Source of the DNA: Methanococcus maripaludis
GTDB taxonomy: Archaea > AGJL01 > Methanococci > Methanococcales > Methanococcaceae
Direction of reading: 5' to 3'
Length of the DNA: 32,000 nucleotides
Assembly (NCBI RefSeq): GCF_002945325.1
Contig: NZ_CP026606.1
Span: forward strand, 1,470,001-1,502,000
In this document: piece by piece, positions 20,846-30,164 of the stretch
Layout: each line of letters opens with the position of its first letter
Position numbering within the stretch: the first letter of the stretch is position 1
Notes under the pieces: generated by a model
Seen by the model: the letters and a program-made list of their open reading frames with translations, nothing else
Databases searched by the model: none
What the model was told of the DNA's origin: nothing
Made by a program: the position numbers and the translations under genes

Positions 20846-21910
20846 TTAATATTCTAAATTTGAGTCTCTGTCCGTTTTTTCGTAGATTCCAAGGAGTTTT
20901 GCAAACTTTTCAATCTCTTTTTTCTCAATTTTTACATTTTCGTGAGACTTTTTCAAAATGTAAGGATAGCCTGAAACAGATATTTTTTGAATATTTGAAA
21001 AGAAATCTTCGTCTAATTCTTCAAAAGATGTGATACAAAGCGTTCCATTATTGTTATCAAGTTTTAAAAATTGGTAGTTCAATTTTTTAAGGTCAATTCC
21101 AAATTTTTTAAAGTATTCAACGTTTTTGTAGAAATTTTTATTTATTTTTTCGTCAACGAGATCGAGTGGTTTTGAATATCCTGAATTTTTGCATCTTGAA
21201 AATATTGCAAGGTCGGGAATGAGTGCATCTTTGAAATAAATATTCATTTTTGAAGTTTTTGCAACACCTACAATTTTTTCACGATATTTTAAAATTTCAG
21301 ATAATAATATTAAATATTCAAGCTGTTCGAGTATAATTTTTTCCTCTTCACTAAATTTTGAATTATTTGAAATTTCAACGCTCGAGTTAATGTTTTTAGA
21401 GTCGATTTCTTCAAAAATCTTATTTTTTAATTCTTCTCCATAAAGTTCATAATATTTGAAAATACTATTTTCTAAACTTTCCCCGTTAATTGAAATCTTG
21501 TTGTTTGTTTGAATTAACAGGGAATATAGTGAGCCATCGTAGAGATAGTAGTCAATATCTTCATTTTTTAAATTCCACAATGCAATCTTTAATTCCATAT
21601 TGAGCATGTAAAGACTTAATCTGCTCTGAACGTACCTGTAGGGTAAAATTATATTCGAATCCCACGAAGAAACCGATTTTTCTACTTTTCCGCCGGTTTT
21701 TTGAATATATGAAACAGCACCTGAAATGTAGAGGCAGTAATTTATATAATCGATTTTATTGAAACTTCCATCCCCTCCTGCAAAAACTGCGTTAGAATGG
21801 TTATTAAAATCGCAATTATTCCAGTAACTTTTATAATCAAAGTTAAAATCGATATTTTTTATTTTAGAACATATTTCCTCCTTTTTAGAGAGGAGTTTTG
21901 AATAGTCCAT
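20846..21910 (-). CDS. NurA-like nuclease domain protein
   Basis: NAVFAGGDGSFNKIDY (motif I-like), LYDGSLYSLLI, C-terminal GYPYILKKSHENVKIEKKEIEKFAKLLG. Met 21910 has GGTG RBS. Distant match, judged by eye. Confidence 0.65.
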   Translation of the reverse strand: MDYSKLLSKKEEICSKIKNIDFNFDYKSYWNNCDFNNHSNAVFAGGDGSFNKIDYINYCLYISGAVSYIQKTGGKVEKSVSSWDSNIILPYRYVQSRLSLYMLNMELKIALWNLKNEDIDYYLYDGSLYSLLIQTNNKISINGESLENSIFKYYELYGEELKNKIFEEIDSKNINSSVEISNNSKFSEEEKIILEQLEYLILLSEILKYREKIVGVAKTSKMNIYFKDALIPDLAIFSRCKNSGYSKPLDLVDEKINKNFYKNVEYFKKFGIDLKKLNYQFLKLDNNNGTLCITSFEELDEDFFSNIQKISVSGYPYILKKSHENVKIEKKEIEKFAKLLGIYEKTDRDSNLEY

Positions 21911-21946
21911 AAAATACACCTGAATGTTAAAAAAATAATAAAAAAG

Positions 21947-23179
21947 TTATAATATTATTCCGTATCCGATCAATCTCCATCTTGATCCGATTTTTCTGCT
22001 TATTGCAACTCTGTCGCCCTTATCAGCACATACTGGTAATTTTAATTTAATTTCTGCTCTATCGGGTCTTGCAGAAACTGTTACTCCAACTGTTGTTGAG
22101 GTTCCTACATTTAACATCAAAACTTCGTTTGTTTTTAATGGTTCGATCACGAGTTCATCTTGGGATCCGACGACTCTTTCAAGAAGTTGTGGTTCTATTT
22201 CCATCTTTTCTAATGTTTCAGGAAGTGTTCCAGGAATTCCTGCTAAACTACCGCTTAGTGCATCAGATTTTGTCAAGTTTGGATCAAGTTCAGTTCCAAC
22301 ACCAATTAGCCCACCAGGGTATGCGGTTTTCAATTTTTTACTGCCAACACCCAATGATATAATTTTAGTTATTATTGGAACCCAGTGAGTTTTGTTTCCT
22401 TCGGTTACTTTGATACCAGGTTTTATTTCAAGTTCGTCCCCAACTTTTAAGGCACCTTGGATGATACTTCCCCCGATAACGCCACCTTTTAAGTCTTTTA
22501 TTTCAGAACCCGGTTTATTTACGTCAAAACTTCTTGCAACATATAATTTTGGATTTACTGTTTCGTCTCTTTCAGGGGTAGGGATAAAGTCCTGAATTGC
22601 TTTTAAAAGCACATCTAAATTTGCACCGTGGTGTGCTGAAACAGGGATGATTGGAGCATTTTCTGCAACTGTTCCTTTTGTAAATTCTTTAATTTGGTTG
22701 TAGTTTTCAACCGCAGCTTCTTCAGATACGAGGTCGATTTTATTTTGAACTATAATTATCTTTTCAACACCAAGTGCATCAAGTGCCATCAAGTGCTCTT
22801 TTGTTTGAGGTTGCGGACATTCTTCGCTTGCGGCAATAACTAAAATTGCACCATCCATAAGTGAAGCTCCTGAAAGCATGGTAGCCATCAGTGTTTCGTG
22901 TCCTGGAGCATCAACAAATGATATTTTTCTAAGTGTCTGTAATTTGCCACCACAAGAGTCGCATTTTTTACCGACAGTATAGCATTCTGGTTCATCGCAT
23001 GTTTCGCATTTTTTTATTTCACAGTCTGCATACCCGAGTCTTATTGAAATTCCTCTTTTAAGCTCTTCACTGTGTGTGTCAGTCCATACTCCTGTTAATT
23101 TCCTTGTTAAACTCGTTTTTCCGTGGTCTACGTGACCTACCATTCCGATATTAACTTCTGATTGGTTGGATGCTGCCAT
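21947..23179 (-). CDS. eif2g: Translation initiation factor aIF2 gamma subunit
   Basis: [42 protein letters not shown], Zn finger [46 protein letters not shown]. Confidence 0.97.
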   Translation of the reverse strand: MAASNQSEVNIGMVGHVDHGKTSLTRKLTGVWTDTHSEELKRGISIRLGYADCEIKKCETCDEPECYTVGKKCDSCGGKLQTLRKISFVDAPGHETLMATMLSGASLMDGAILVIAASEECPQPQTKEHLMALDALGVEKIIIVQNKIDLVSEEAAVENYNQIKEFTKGTVAENAPIIPVSAHHGANLDVLLKAIQDFIPTPERDETVNPKLYVARSFDVNKPGSEIKDLKGGVIGGSIIQGALKVGDELEIKPGIKVTEGNKTHWVPIITKIISLGVGSKKLKTAYPGGLIGVGTELDPNLTKSDALSGSLAGIPGTLPETLEKMEIEPQLLERVVGSQDELVIEPLKTNEVLMLNVGTSTTVGVTVSARPDRAEIKLKLPVCADKGDRVAISRKIGSRWRLIGYGIIL

Positions 23180-23340
23180 TTTATCCCTCGCACAATTTTT
23201 TAGTTTTTTAAATTACAAGAATACTTGAAAATCCATATAAAAATGACGTTAAAACTATAATCACTTTATGGCTAATACTTTATATAGATATATAATCTTT
23301 AAAAAAGCCTGACCAATTAAAAGAGAAAAAAAGAGTTAAT

Positions 23341-23715
23341 TTATTCGGTACTTTCAGGTTCTCCACCGAGAGGTGCTGAACCGTATTCCACAACTTTTGT
23401 GTTGATTAATGTAATATCTTTTGAGATTGTGTTTCCTCTTAAGCTTTTTCTTCTTCTAAGACCTTTTTCTTTAACGTTGTATCCTGGTCCTTCTTTTAAG
23501 AGTACTCTCATTTTCATAGCGCCGTGAATGTCGTGTCTCATTGCAAATCCACATCTGTCGGATCCGCCTGTGATTTTTAATTTGTAGCCTTCTAATTCAA
23601 CAATTGAACCGCTGATTTCATCACCGATTTTTTTACCGATAAGTGCATTGGATTCTGTTTCGAATTGGTATGATTTTCCTGTTTTAGAATCTGATACAAC
23701 AACTTTAAAAGCCAT
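23341..23715 (-). CDS. rps6e: 30S ribosomal protein S6e
   Basis: MAFKVVVSDSKTGKSYQFETESNALIGKKIGDEISG, GGSDRCGFAMRHDIHG. ATG 23715 has GAGGT RBS. Confidence 0.95.
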   Translation of the reverse strand: MAFKVVVSDSKTGKSYQFETESNALIGKKIGDEISGSIVELEGYKLKITGGSDRCGFAMRHDIHGAMKMRVLLKEGPGYNVKEKGLRRRKSLRGNTISKDITLINTKVVEYGSAPLGGEPESTE

Positions 23716-23925
23716 GATATTACCTCGTTTTTGTTTCAATATACCTTGTTTCAAATCGTTCGCGAAAAAGCTCTAAAAATTTATTTTTCCAAAAATTTTC
23801 CTAAATTCCCGTCTTTGTTCTATTACTAACTTATTACTTTTATAGTTTTTGGCAAAAAGCAACAGCGATTAGAATCGACAGAATTTGGGGTAAACATTAC
23901 AATAAAAATATTTAAAAAAAGGTAA

Positions 23926-25266
23926 TTAGATTTTTAAGTATTGTTTTGTTTCCCAGTCTGTAACTGCGGTTCTGAATGAATCCCATTCAGCGTTTTTAAT
24001 TTCAATGAAGTTTTCAAAGATGTGTTTTCCTAAGGCATCTTTTAATACTGAGTTGTTTTCTAACTCGTCAAGCGCAGCTTTTAAGTTTGCAGGAACTGAT
24101 TCGATTCCTTCAGCTTTTTTCTGAGCTTCACTCATTGCAAAGATGTTCTTTTCAACAGGTTCTATTGCACTTAATTTTCTTTTTACACCATCTAAACCTG
24201 CTGCAAGCATTACTGTGAATGCTAAGTATGGGTTGCATGCTGGGTCAGGTGCTCTGAATTCGATTCTTGTTCCTTTTCCTCTTGGAGCTGGAACTCTAAC
24301 AATTGCACTTCTGTTTGAATTTGCCCATGCAATGTTTACAGGTGCTTCGTATCCTGGAACTAATCTTTTGTATGAGTTTACTGTTGGGTTTGTAACAGCA
24401 ACAATTGATTTTGCATGGTCTAAAATACCTGCAACATAGCTCATACAGGTTTCACTTAATTGGTATTGTGCGCTTTCATCGTAGAATGATGGTTCACCGT
24501 TTAACCAGATACTCTGGTGGCAGTGCATACCGCTTCCGTTGATTCCGAAGAATGGTTTTGGCATGAATGTAGCTTTTAAACCGTCTTTTGCAGCGAGTGT
24601 TTTGATTGTAGTTTTGAAAGTTACAACGCTATCTGCAGTTTTTACTGCGTCTGCGAATTTAAAGTCAACTTCGTGCTGACCTTCTGCAACTTCGTGGTGG
24701 CTTGCTTCTACGTGGAAACCTAAGTTTTCAAGAGCGAATACGATTTTTCTTCTGATATCGCATCCACCATCAAGAGGTTCTAAGTCGAAGTATCCTGCAT
24801 CGTCTGCTGGAACCCATGAACCGCATGCATCTTCTTTTAAGATGAAAAATTCTGGTTCAGGACCTACGAAGAATTCTCCACCGAGTTCTTCATCGAACTT
24901 AGCTAAAACTCTTTTTAAGCATCCTCTTGGATCTCCTTCGAATGGTTTTCCGTTTGTAGTGTATACATCACAGATAACTCTTGCGACGGATTTTTCAGTT
25001 GGTCTCCATGGGAGTACTGAGAGTGTTTTTAAGTCTGGTTTTAACATCATGTCGGAACTTTCAATTGAAACAAATCCTTCAATTGATGAACCATCGAAGT
25101 ATACTCCTTTTTCTAATACGTCGTATAATTCTTCCTCACCAGCAGCACCTGCTTTTACAGGGTAAGCGATGTTTTTTGGCTCCCCGTGAATGTCTACAAA
25201 CTGGAATCTTATGAATTTAACGTTGTTCGTTTTAATGTATTCCATAGCCTGTTCAACAGCATTCAT
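23926..25266 (-). CDS. glnA: Glutamine synthetase (type I)
   Basis: DIHGEPKNIAYPVKAG, YFDGSSIEGFVSIESSDMMLKPD, NGSGMHCHQSIWLNG, RGKGTRIEFRAPDPACNPYLAF. Met 25266 is 7 nt from GGAGG at 25274-25278. Confidence 0.97.
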   Translation of the reverse strand: MNAVEQAMEYIKTNNVKFIRFQFVDIHGEPKNIAYPVKAGAAGEEELYDVLEKGVYFDGSSIEGFVSIESSDMMLKPDLKTLSVLPWRPTEKSVARVICDVYTTNGKPFEGDPRGCLKRVLAKFDEELGGEFFVGPEPEFFILKEDACGSWVPADDAGYFDLEPLDGGCDIRRKIVFALENLGFHVEASHHEVAEGQHEVDFKFADAVKTADSVVTFKTTIKTLAAKDGLKATFMPKPFFGINGSGMHCHQSIWLNGEPSFYDESAQYQLSETCMSYVAGILDHAKSIVAVTNPTVNSYKRLVPGYEAPVNIAWANSNRSAIVRVPAPRGKGTRIEFRAPDPACNPYLAFTVMLAAGLDGVKRKLSAIEPVEKNIFAMSEAQKKAEGIESVPANLKAALDELENNSVLKDALGKHIFENFIEIKNAEWDSFRTAVTDWETKQYLKI

Positions 25267-25295
25267 ATTCATGCCTCCGAAATCATTACTATATA

Positions 25296-25309
25296 GGAAA
25301 TAGCTTTCC
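25296..25309 (-). promoter_or_regulatory. NrpR-type nitrogen operator GGAA-N6-TTCC in glnA promoter
   Basis: Exact GGAAATAGCTTTCC match to the published M. maripaludis NrpR operator consensus, just downstream of the TATA-like box of glnA. Confidence 0.9.
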
Positions 25310-25317
25310 GCTTTTTC

Positions 25318-25329
25318 AATATATATATT
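25318..25329 (-). promoter_or_regulatory. TATA-like element of glnA promoter
   Basis: Minus strand AAAATATATATT immediately upstream of the NrpR operator. Confidence 0.6.
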
Positions 25330-25445
25330 TTGCGGTACGTAAATGTATCTAAATCAATATTTATTAATATCTATTAGCCATAATTCAGGTATTGCTAATC
25401 ATATAAAGTATTTAATTCAATATTAATATTATATTCGGTGATTTA

Positions 25446-26735
25446 ATGCTGGTAGTGAAAAAAACCCCCCACATAAAAGGAATTTTAAGCGCTCCTCCAT
25501 CAAAATCTTATACGCACAGGGCAGTTATCTGTGCATCACTTGCAAACGGATTATCTAATTTAAAAAATCCGTTAAATGGTGCAGATTGTTTATCTTCTGC
25601 GCATGCATGTGAAATGTTTGGTGCTGAAATTGAATTGGGAAATGAAAAATGGATAGTTAGGGGTTCAGAATTAAAAACACCTGATAATATTGTCGATATT
25701 GGAAACAGCGGAACTACTTTACGGATATTAACTGGAATTTCTTCTCAAATTTCAAATGGATATACTGTACTTACTGGCGATGATTCAATCAGGAAACGGC
25801 CAATGCAGCCACTTTTGGATGCATTAAAACAGCTTGGACTGATATGTTTTTCAACAAAAAATAATGGAACAGCTCCAATTGTTGTAAAATCTGGAAAAAT
25901 TAGCAGTAATGTTGTTGAAATAAGGGGCGATATGAGTTCACAGTTTATAACGTCGCTCATGATGACACTACCATTTAGTGAAGACGATTCTGAAATTATA
26001 TTAACCACCCCATTAAAGTCTGAACCGTATTTAAACATTACAATAGATGTTTTAGATAAATTCGGGGTAAAAATCGAGAAAATCGAAGAAAAAAATAAAT
26101 CAGGATATAAAATCAAAGGAAATCAGAAATATTTGCCTTGTGATTATACAATTGAAGGAGATTATTCTTCTGCATCATACCTTGTTGCGGCAGGAGTTTT
26201 ATTAAATTCGGATATTGTAATTAAAAATGTATTCAAAGATTCAAAGCAAGGAGATCGGGAAATTATTGAAATAGTTAAGAAAATGGGTGCAGATGTAGAA
26301 ATAAACGAAGACAATGTTAAAATTACAGGCCCTTATGAATTGAACGGAATAGAAATTGATGTAACAGATATTCCAGATTTAGTTCCCACCATTGCAGTTT
26401 TAGGATGTTTTGCAAAAGGAAAAACCGTAGTTTACAATGGGGAACATGTAAGACTCAAAGAATGCGATAGGCTTGCAGCATGCACCACTGAACTTTCAAA
26501 AATGGGTGCAAGAATTGAAGAGAAAAAAGATGGGCTTACAATTACGGGTGTTCACAAATTAAACGGTGCAAAGCTTAAAACCTATCATGACCATAGACTC
26601 GTAATGGCATTTACAATTGCAGGGATGCTTGCTGATGGGGATACAATAATCGAAGGCGAAGATTCAGTTAAAATATCATTTCCCGATTTTGTAGATAAAA
26701 TGAAATCAATTGGAAGCAATATTGAAGTAATTTAA
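25446..26735 (+). CDS. aroA: 3-phosphoshikimate 1-carboxyvinyltransferase (EPSP synthase)
   Basis: LSAPPSKSYTHRAVICASLANG, NSGTTLRILTG, DHRLVMAFTIAGMLADG; GGTGA RBS. Confidence 0.96.
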   Translation: MLVVKKTPHIKGILSAPPSKSYTHRAVICASLANGLSNLKNPLNGADCLSSAHACEMFGAEIELGNEKWIVRGSELKTPDNIVDIGNSGTTLRILTGISSQISNGYTVLTGDDSIRKRPMQPLLDALKQLGLICFSTKNNGTAPIVVKSGKISSNVVEIRGDMSSQFITSLMMTLPFSEDDSEIILTTPLKSEPYLNITIDVLDKFGVKIEKIEEKNKSGYKIKGNQKYLPCDYTIEGDYSSASYLVAAGVLLNSDIVIKNVFKDSKQGDREIIEIVKKMGADVEINEDNVKITGPYELNGIEIDVTDIPDLVPTIAVLGCFAKGKTVVYNGEHVRLKECDRLAACTTELSKMGARIEEKKDGLTITGVHKLNGAKLKTYHDHRLVMAFTIAGMLADGDTIIEGEDSVKISFPDFVDKMKSIGSNIEVI

Positions 26736-26797
26736 TTATTTTATAAAATTTTTTTAGTATATTATTTAATTAGTTAATCTAAAAAGAGCGGGTTTTT

Positions 26798-27817
26798 ATG
26801 GATAAGTTTCAAGAATTTTTAGAATATTTAAAAGAAAACGACATAAAAAAGGCAGTTATTACAAAAAAAGAGAATATAAACTATTTTTTAGAAAAGTATC
26901 CTCCAAATTTTTCAATGCTTATTTTTGATACTAGAAAAGATACTGCAACTTTACAGGTATCAAAACTTGATTTTGAAATGGCAAAAGGATACAAAAATAA
27001 AAATCTTGATATTGAACTTTATGAAAATTTTGAAAGTACGTTAAAAGACTGTAATGGAATTGAAGACTCCATTCCAATACGTTTTTTAAAATTTGTTAAA
27101 GATTACAAGTTAATTTCTAAAAAAATCGAGGAAATGCGTGAAATTAAAACGAAAACAGAAATTGAAAATATTAAAAAAGCTGCAAAAATAAGCGACGATG
27201 CAATTGAATATGCTACTAATTTGGCACTTGAAAATGATAATTTAACGGAAAACCAAGTTGCAGCTGAAATCGAATATTTTATGAAGAAAAATGGAAGTAT
27301 TAGACCTTCGTTTGACACAATAGCAATATCTGACAAAAAGACGAGGCTTCCACATGGAATGCCTTCAAACGATGTAGTAAAAAACATACTTTTAATGGAT
27401 ATCGGAGCACTTTATGAAGGCTACTGTTCAGATATTACAAGAACAGTAATTTTAAATGAAAATATCAAAAATTATTCTGAAATTTATAATATCGTAAATT
27501 CTGCGAAAAAAGAAGCAGAAAAAAATTTAAAAGCCGGAATTTCTGTAAAAGAACTCGATTTAATTGCAAGAGAACATATGGGCGAATTTAAAGATTATTT
27601 CATACATTCTTTAGGACACGGAGTTGGCGTTGAAATTCACGAAAACCCTGCAATTTCTTCAAAAATAAAAGAAGACGTTATATTAAAAGAAGGAATGGTT
27701 GTTACGATTGAACCTGGAATTTATATGGATGAATTTGGGGTTAGAATTGAAGACCTTTATCTTGTAAAAAACAATGGCTTTGAAAAACTCAGCAATGCAA
27801 AAATTTTAGAATATTAA
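26798..27817 (+). CDS. M24 family metallopeptidase (Xaa-Pro aminopeptidase/dipeptidase)
   Basis: LMDIGALYEGYCSDITRTV, HSLGHGVGVEIHENP, LKEGMVVTIEPGIYMDEFGVRIED. Confidence 0.93.
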   Translation: MDKFQEFLEYLKENDIKKAVITKKENINYFLEKYPPNFSMLIFDTRKDTATLQVSKLDFEMAKGYKNKNLDIELYENFESTLKDCNGIEDSIPIRFLKFVKDYKLISKKIEEMREIKTKTEIENIKKAAKISDDAIEYATNLALENDNLTENQVAAEIEYFMKKNGSIRPSFDTIAISDKKTRLPHGMPSNDVVKNILLMDIGALYEGYCSDITRTVILNENIKNYSEIYNIVNSAKKEAEKNLKAGISVKELDLIAREHMGEFKDYFIHSLGHGVGVEIHENPAISSKIKEDVILKEGMVVTIEPGIYMDEFGVRIEDLYLVKNNGFEKLSNAKILEY

Positions 27818-27856
27818 CTTACATTTGTATTTTATGATTATTATTTTGTGATTTGT

Positions 27857-28954
27857 ATGGGCAAGATTGATTTTAGATTCGAAAAGACGTTTGGATACAC
27901 TACTGGTGCATGTGCGGCAGCAGGGGCATTTTCTGCACTCTATTTTTTAAAAAATAATGAAAAGTTGAATTTTGTTGAAATTTTAAATTTAAAAGGCGAT
28001 TCTTTAATTATTCCAATTAAAAACATTGAAAAGTTGGGAAATACTGCAATTTCAACCGTTGAGAAGTTTTCAGGGGAAGACATCGATATTACAAATGGAA
28101 TGGATATTAAAATAGATGTTACTCTTGAAAAGTTTGATAACAACTCTCCAAAACCAAGCAATATAAAAATTATCGGGGGAATTGGTGTTGGAATTGTTAC
28201 AAAATCAGGTTTACAGGTAAAACCTGGGGAACCTGCAATAAACCCAAAACCAAGAGAAATGATTGAAAATAATTTACAATCACTTTTAAAAAATGACGAA
28301 TGTGTAACTGTAAAAATTTCAGTTCCAAATGGGGATGAAATTGCTAAAAAAACACTGAATCCAAAACTTGGGATAATTGGCGGAATTTCAATTCTCGGAA
28401 CCACTGGAATCGTTCGTCCGATGTCAAATGATGCTTACAAAGAGTCCCTTGCACCCCAAATTGATGTAGCTTTAGCAAATAATTTTAAAAATTTGATATT
28501 TGTTCCAGGAAATATTGGAACAAAGCATGCTAAAATTTTATTAGATGCGAAAGAAGACCAAATTATCGAAGTTTCAAATTTTTGGGATTACATGCTTGAT
28601 AAAGCAGAAGAAAAAGGTGTTAAAGATATAACTGTCTTCGGGCACGCTGGAAAAATTGTAAAGCTTGCAGGAGGAATTTTTGACACCCATTCAAGGGTTG
28701 CGGATGCAAGAAACGAGATAATTTGTGCTTATACTTCATTAGTATCGCAAGACGTAGAATTGTTTCAAAAAATACTTTATTCAAATACAACTGAAGATAT
28801 AGTTGAAATTTTGACTGAAAAAGGTATTTTAACAGAAGTTTTTGATAAAGTTTCAAAAAGGGTAGTTGAAAGACTTTCTTTAAGGTGGGAAGGAATTAAT
28901 TTTTCATGTATTATAATTGATATGAAAGGGAATGTACTTGGAAAATCTGATTAG
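27857..28954 (+). CDS. cbiD: Cobalt-precorrin-5B (C1)-methyltransferase (CbiD)
   Basis: FGYTTGACAAAGAFSALYFL, GVGIVTKSGLQVKPGEPAINPKPR, GTTGIVRPMSNDAYKESL. Confidence 0.95.
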   Translation: MGKIDFRFEKTFGYTTGACAAAGAFSALYFLKNNEKLNFVEILNLKGDSLIIPIKNIEKLGNTAISTVEKFSGEDIDITNGMDIKIDVTLEKFDNNSPKPSNIKIIGGIGVGIVTKSGLQVKPGEPAINPKPREMIENNLQSLLKNDECVTVKISVPNGDEIAKKTLNPKLGIIGGISILGTTGIVRPMSNDAYKESLAPQIDVALANNFKNLIFVPGNIGTKHAKILLDAKEDQIIEVSNFWDYMLDKAEEKGVKDITVFGHAGKIVKLAGGIFDTHSRVADARNEIICAYTSLVSQDVELFQKILYSNTTEDIVEILTEKGILTEVFDKVSKRVVERLSLRWEGINFSCIIIDMKGNVLGKSD

Positions 28955-28964
28955 GGGTGAAATT

Positions 28965-29345
28965 TTGAGAAATGAATACAAAATTTTTGAAATTGGAATG
29001 TTTAAAAAAGAGGAGGAAAATTCATATTTAGAAATTTACGATGAATTTTTAGATGGAATTGATGGATTAACTGAAAATTCAAAGATCTTGGTTTTTTTAT
29101 GGTTTGATCGGTCCGATAATGAAAGTAAAAGAAGTATTTTAAAGGTTCATCCACGGGGAAATATCAAAAACCCAATACGGGGGGTTTTTTCTACGAGATC
29201 CCCAATGAGGCCAAACCCTATCGCACTTTACACGGTAAATATTGAAAAAATTCTCGGAAATAAAATATATATTGAAGAAATTGATGCATTTTCAGAAACT
29301 CCTTTGATCGATATAAAAAATTATTCAAAAGAACTGGATTTTTGA
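28965..29345 (+). CDS. TrmO/TsaA-like tRNA (N6-threonylcarbamoyladenosine-37-N6)-methyltransferase family protein
   Basis: HPRGNIKNPIRGVFSTRSPMRPNPIALYTVNI is the TrmO/UPF0066 signature. TTG 28965 is preceded by GGGGTGA and lies 10 bp after cbiD; the track start at 28932 would overlap cbiD. Confidence 0.85.
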   Translation: MRNEYKIFEIGMFKKEEENSYLEIYDEFLDGIDGLTENSKILVFLWFDRSDNESKRSILKVHPRGNIKNPIRGVFSTRSPMRPNPIALYTVNIEKILGNKIYIEEIDAFSETPLIDIKNYSKELDF

Positions 29346-29354
29346 GGGTTTATT

Positions 29355-29912
29355 ATGAAAAAAACATGTTTTTTAGCCCCAATTTTATTTTTAATTTTTT
29401 CAGGTTGTATTTCAAGCAATAATCAGAATTATGATTCAAAAGATTTCATAGATTCTCACGAACATTTATTTGGAACAGTTACTCGAGTAGTTGATGGAGA
29501 CACGGTCCACGTTGATTCAAACGGAGTTGATTATAATATCAGGCTTTTAGGGGTTGATACTCCAGAAACTTATCAAAAAAATAGTGTTTCAGAATATTAT
29601 CTTGATTATGAAACTCCAATTTCAGATATTGAATATCTGGATTACTGGGGGCATTTGGCAACAAACTATACAAGAGATACGCTCGAAAACAAATCAGTTT
29701 ATGTAGTTTTTGATAAAAAAAGTGAAAAACAGGACAAATACGGAAGATATCTTGCATATATTTATTTAGAAAATGAAAATTTCAATGAAAATCTGATAGA
29801 ATATGGATTTGCAAGAGTATATACAAGCAATTTTGAATTAAAGAATGATTTTTTAGATACTGAAAAAACAGCAAAATCGGGCAGAATCGGCCTTTGGAAT
29901 TACAACAATTAA
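29355..29912 (+). CDS. Staphylococcal-nuclease-domain lipoprotein
   Basis: Signal MKKTCFLAPILFLIFSGCIS; SNase core GTVTRVVDGDTVHV, IRLLGVDTPET, KYGRYLAYIYL with catalytic Asp/Arg/Glu/Arg positions retained. Confidence 0.9.
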   Translation: MKKTCFLAPILFLIFSGCISSNNQNYDSKDFIDSHEHLFGTVTRVVDGDTVHVDSNGVDYNIRLLGVDTPETYQKNSVSEYYLDYETPISDIEYLDYWGHLATNYTRDTLENKSVYVVFDKKSEKQDKYGRYLAYIYLENENFNENLIEYGFARVYTSNFELKNDFLDTEKTAKSGRIGLWNYNN

Positions 29913-30011
29913 TATTTTAAAATAGGAATCATTTTTTTAATTTTTTAGCACGATTTCATTTCGAAATCAGTAAATACTTTTAAAAATAAATATCCTCTTT
30001 GGGTGGATATA

Positions 30012-30104
30012 ATGTTAAGATACGACTTAAAGGCAGAATATAAAATAATATCTCTTTTATTATTATCTACGGTTTTTTGTACGATATTATGTATCGTTGG
30101 CTAG
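30012..30104 (+). CDS. Candidate 30-aa membrane microprotein MLRYDLKAEYKIISLLLLSTVFCTILCIVG
   Basis: ATG preceded by GGGTGG RBS (30001-30006), upstream A/T-rich TATA-like TTTAAAAATAAATA, one predicted TM segment, T-rich tract downstream. Below the 60-aa cutoff of the supplied track. Confidence 0.5.
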   Translation: MLRYDLKAEYKIISLLLLSTVFCTILCIVG

Positions 30105-30164
30105 TTTATTTTATTTTTCAGGCATTTCTATTATTTTTTTAAAAAAGTTTAAAAATAATTTAAT

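Noticed and set aside
25745-26116. 123-aa minus-strand ORF within aroA
   Set aside because: Antisense to a well-supported EPSP synthase; no independent evidence.
27940-28404. 154-aa minus-strand ORF
   Set aside because: Fully antisense to cbiD, which has clear family motifs.
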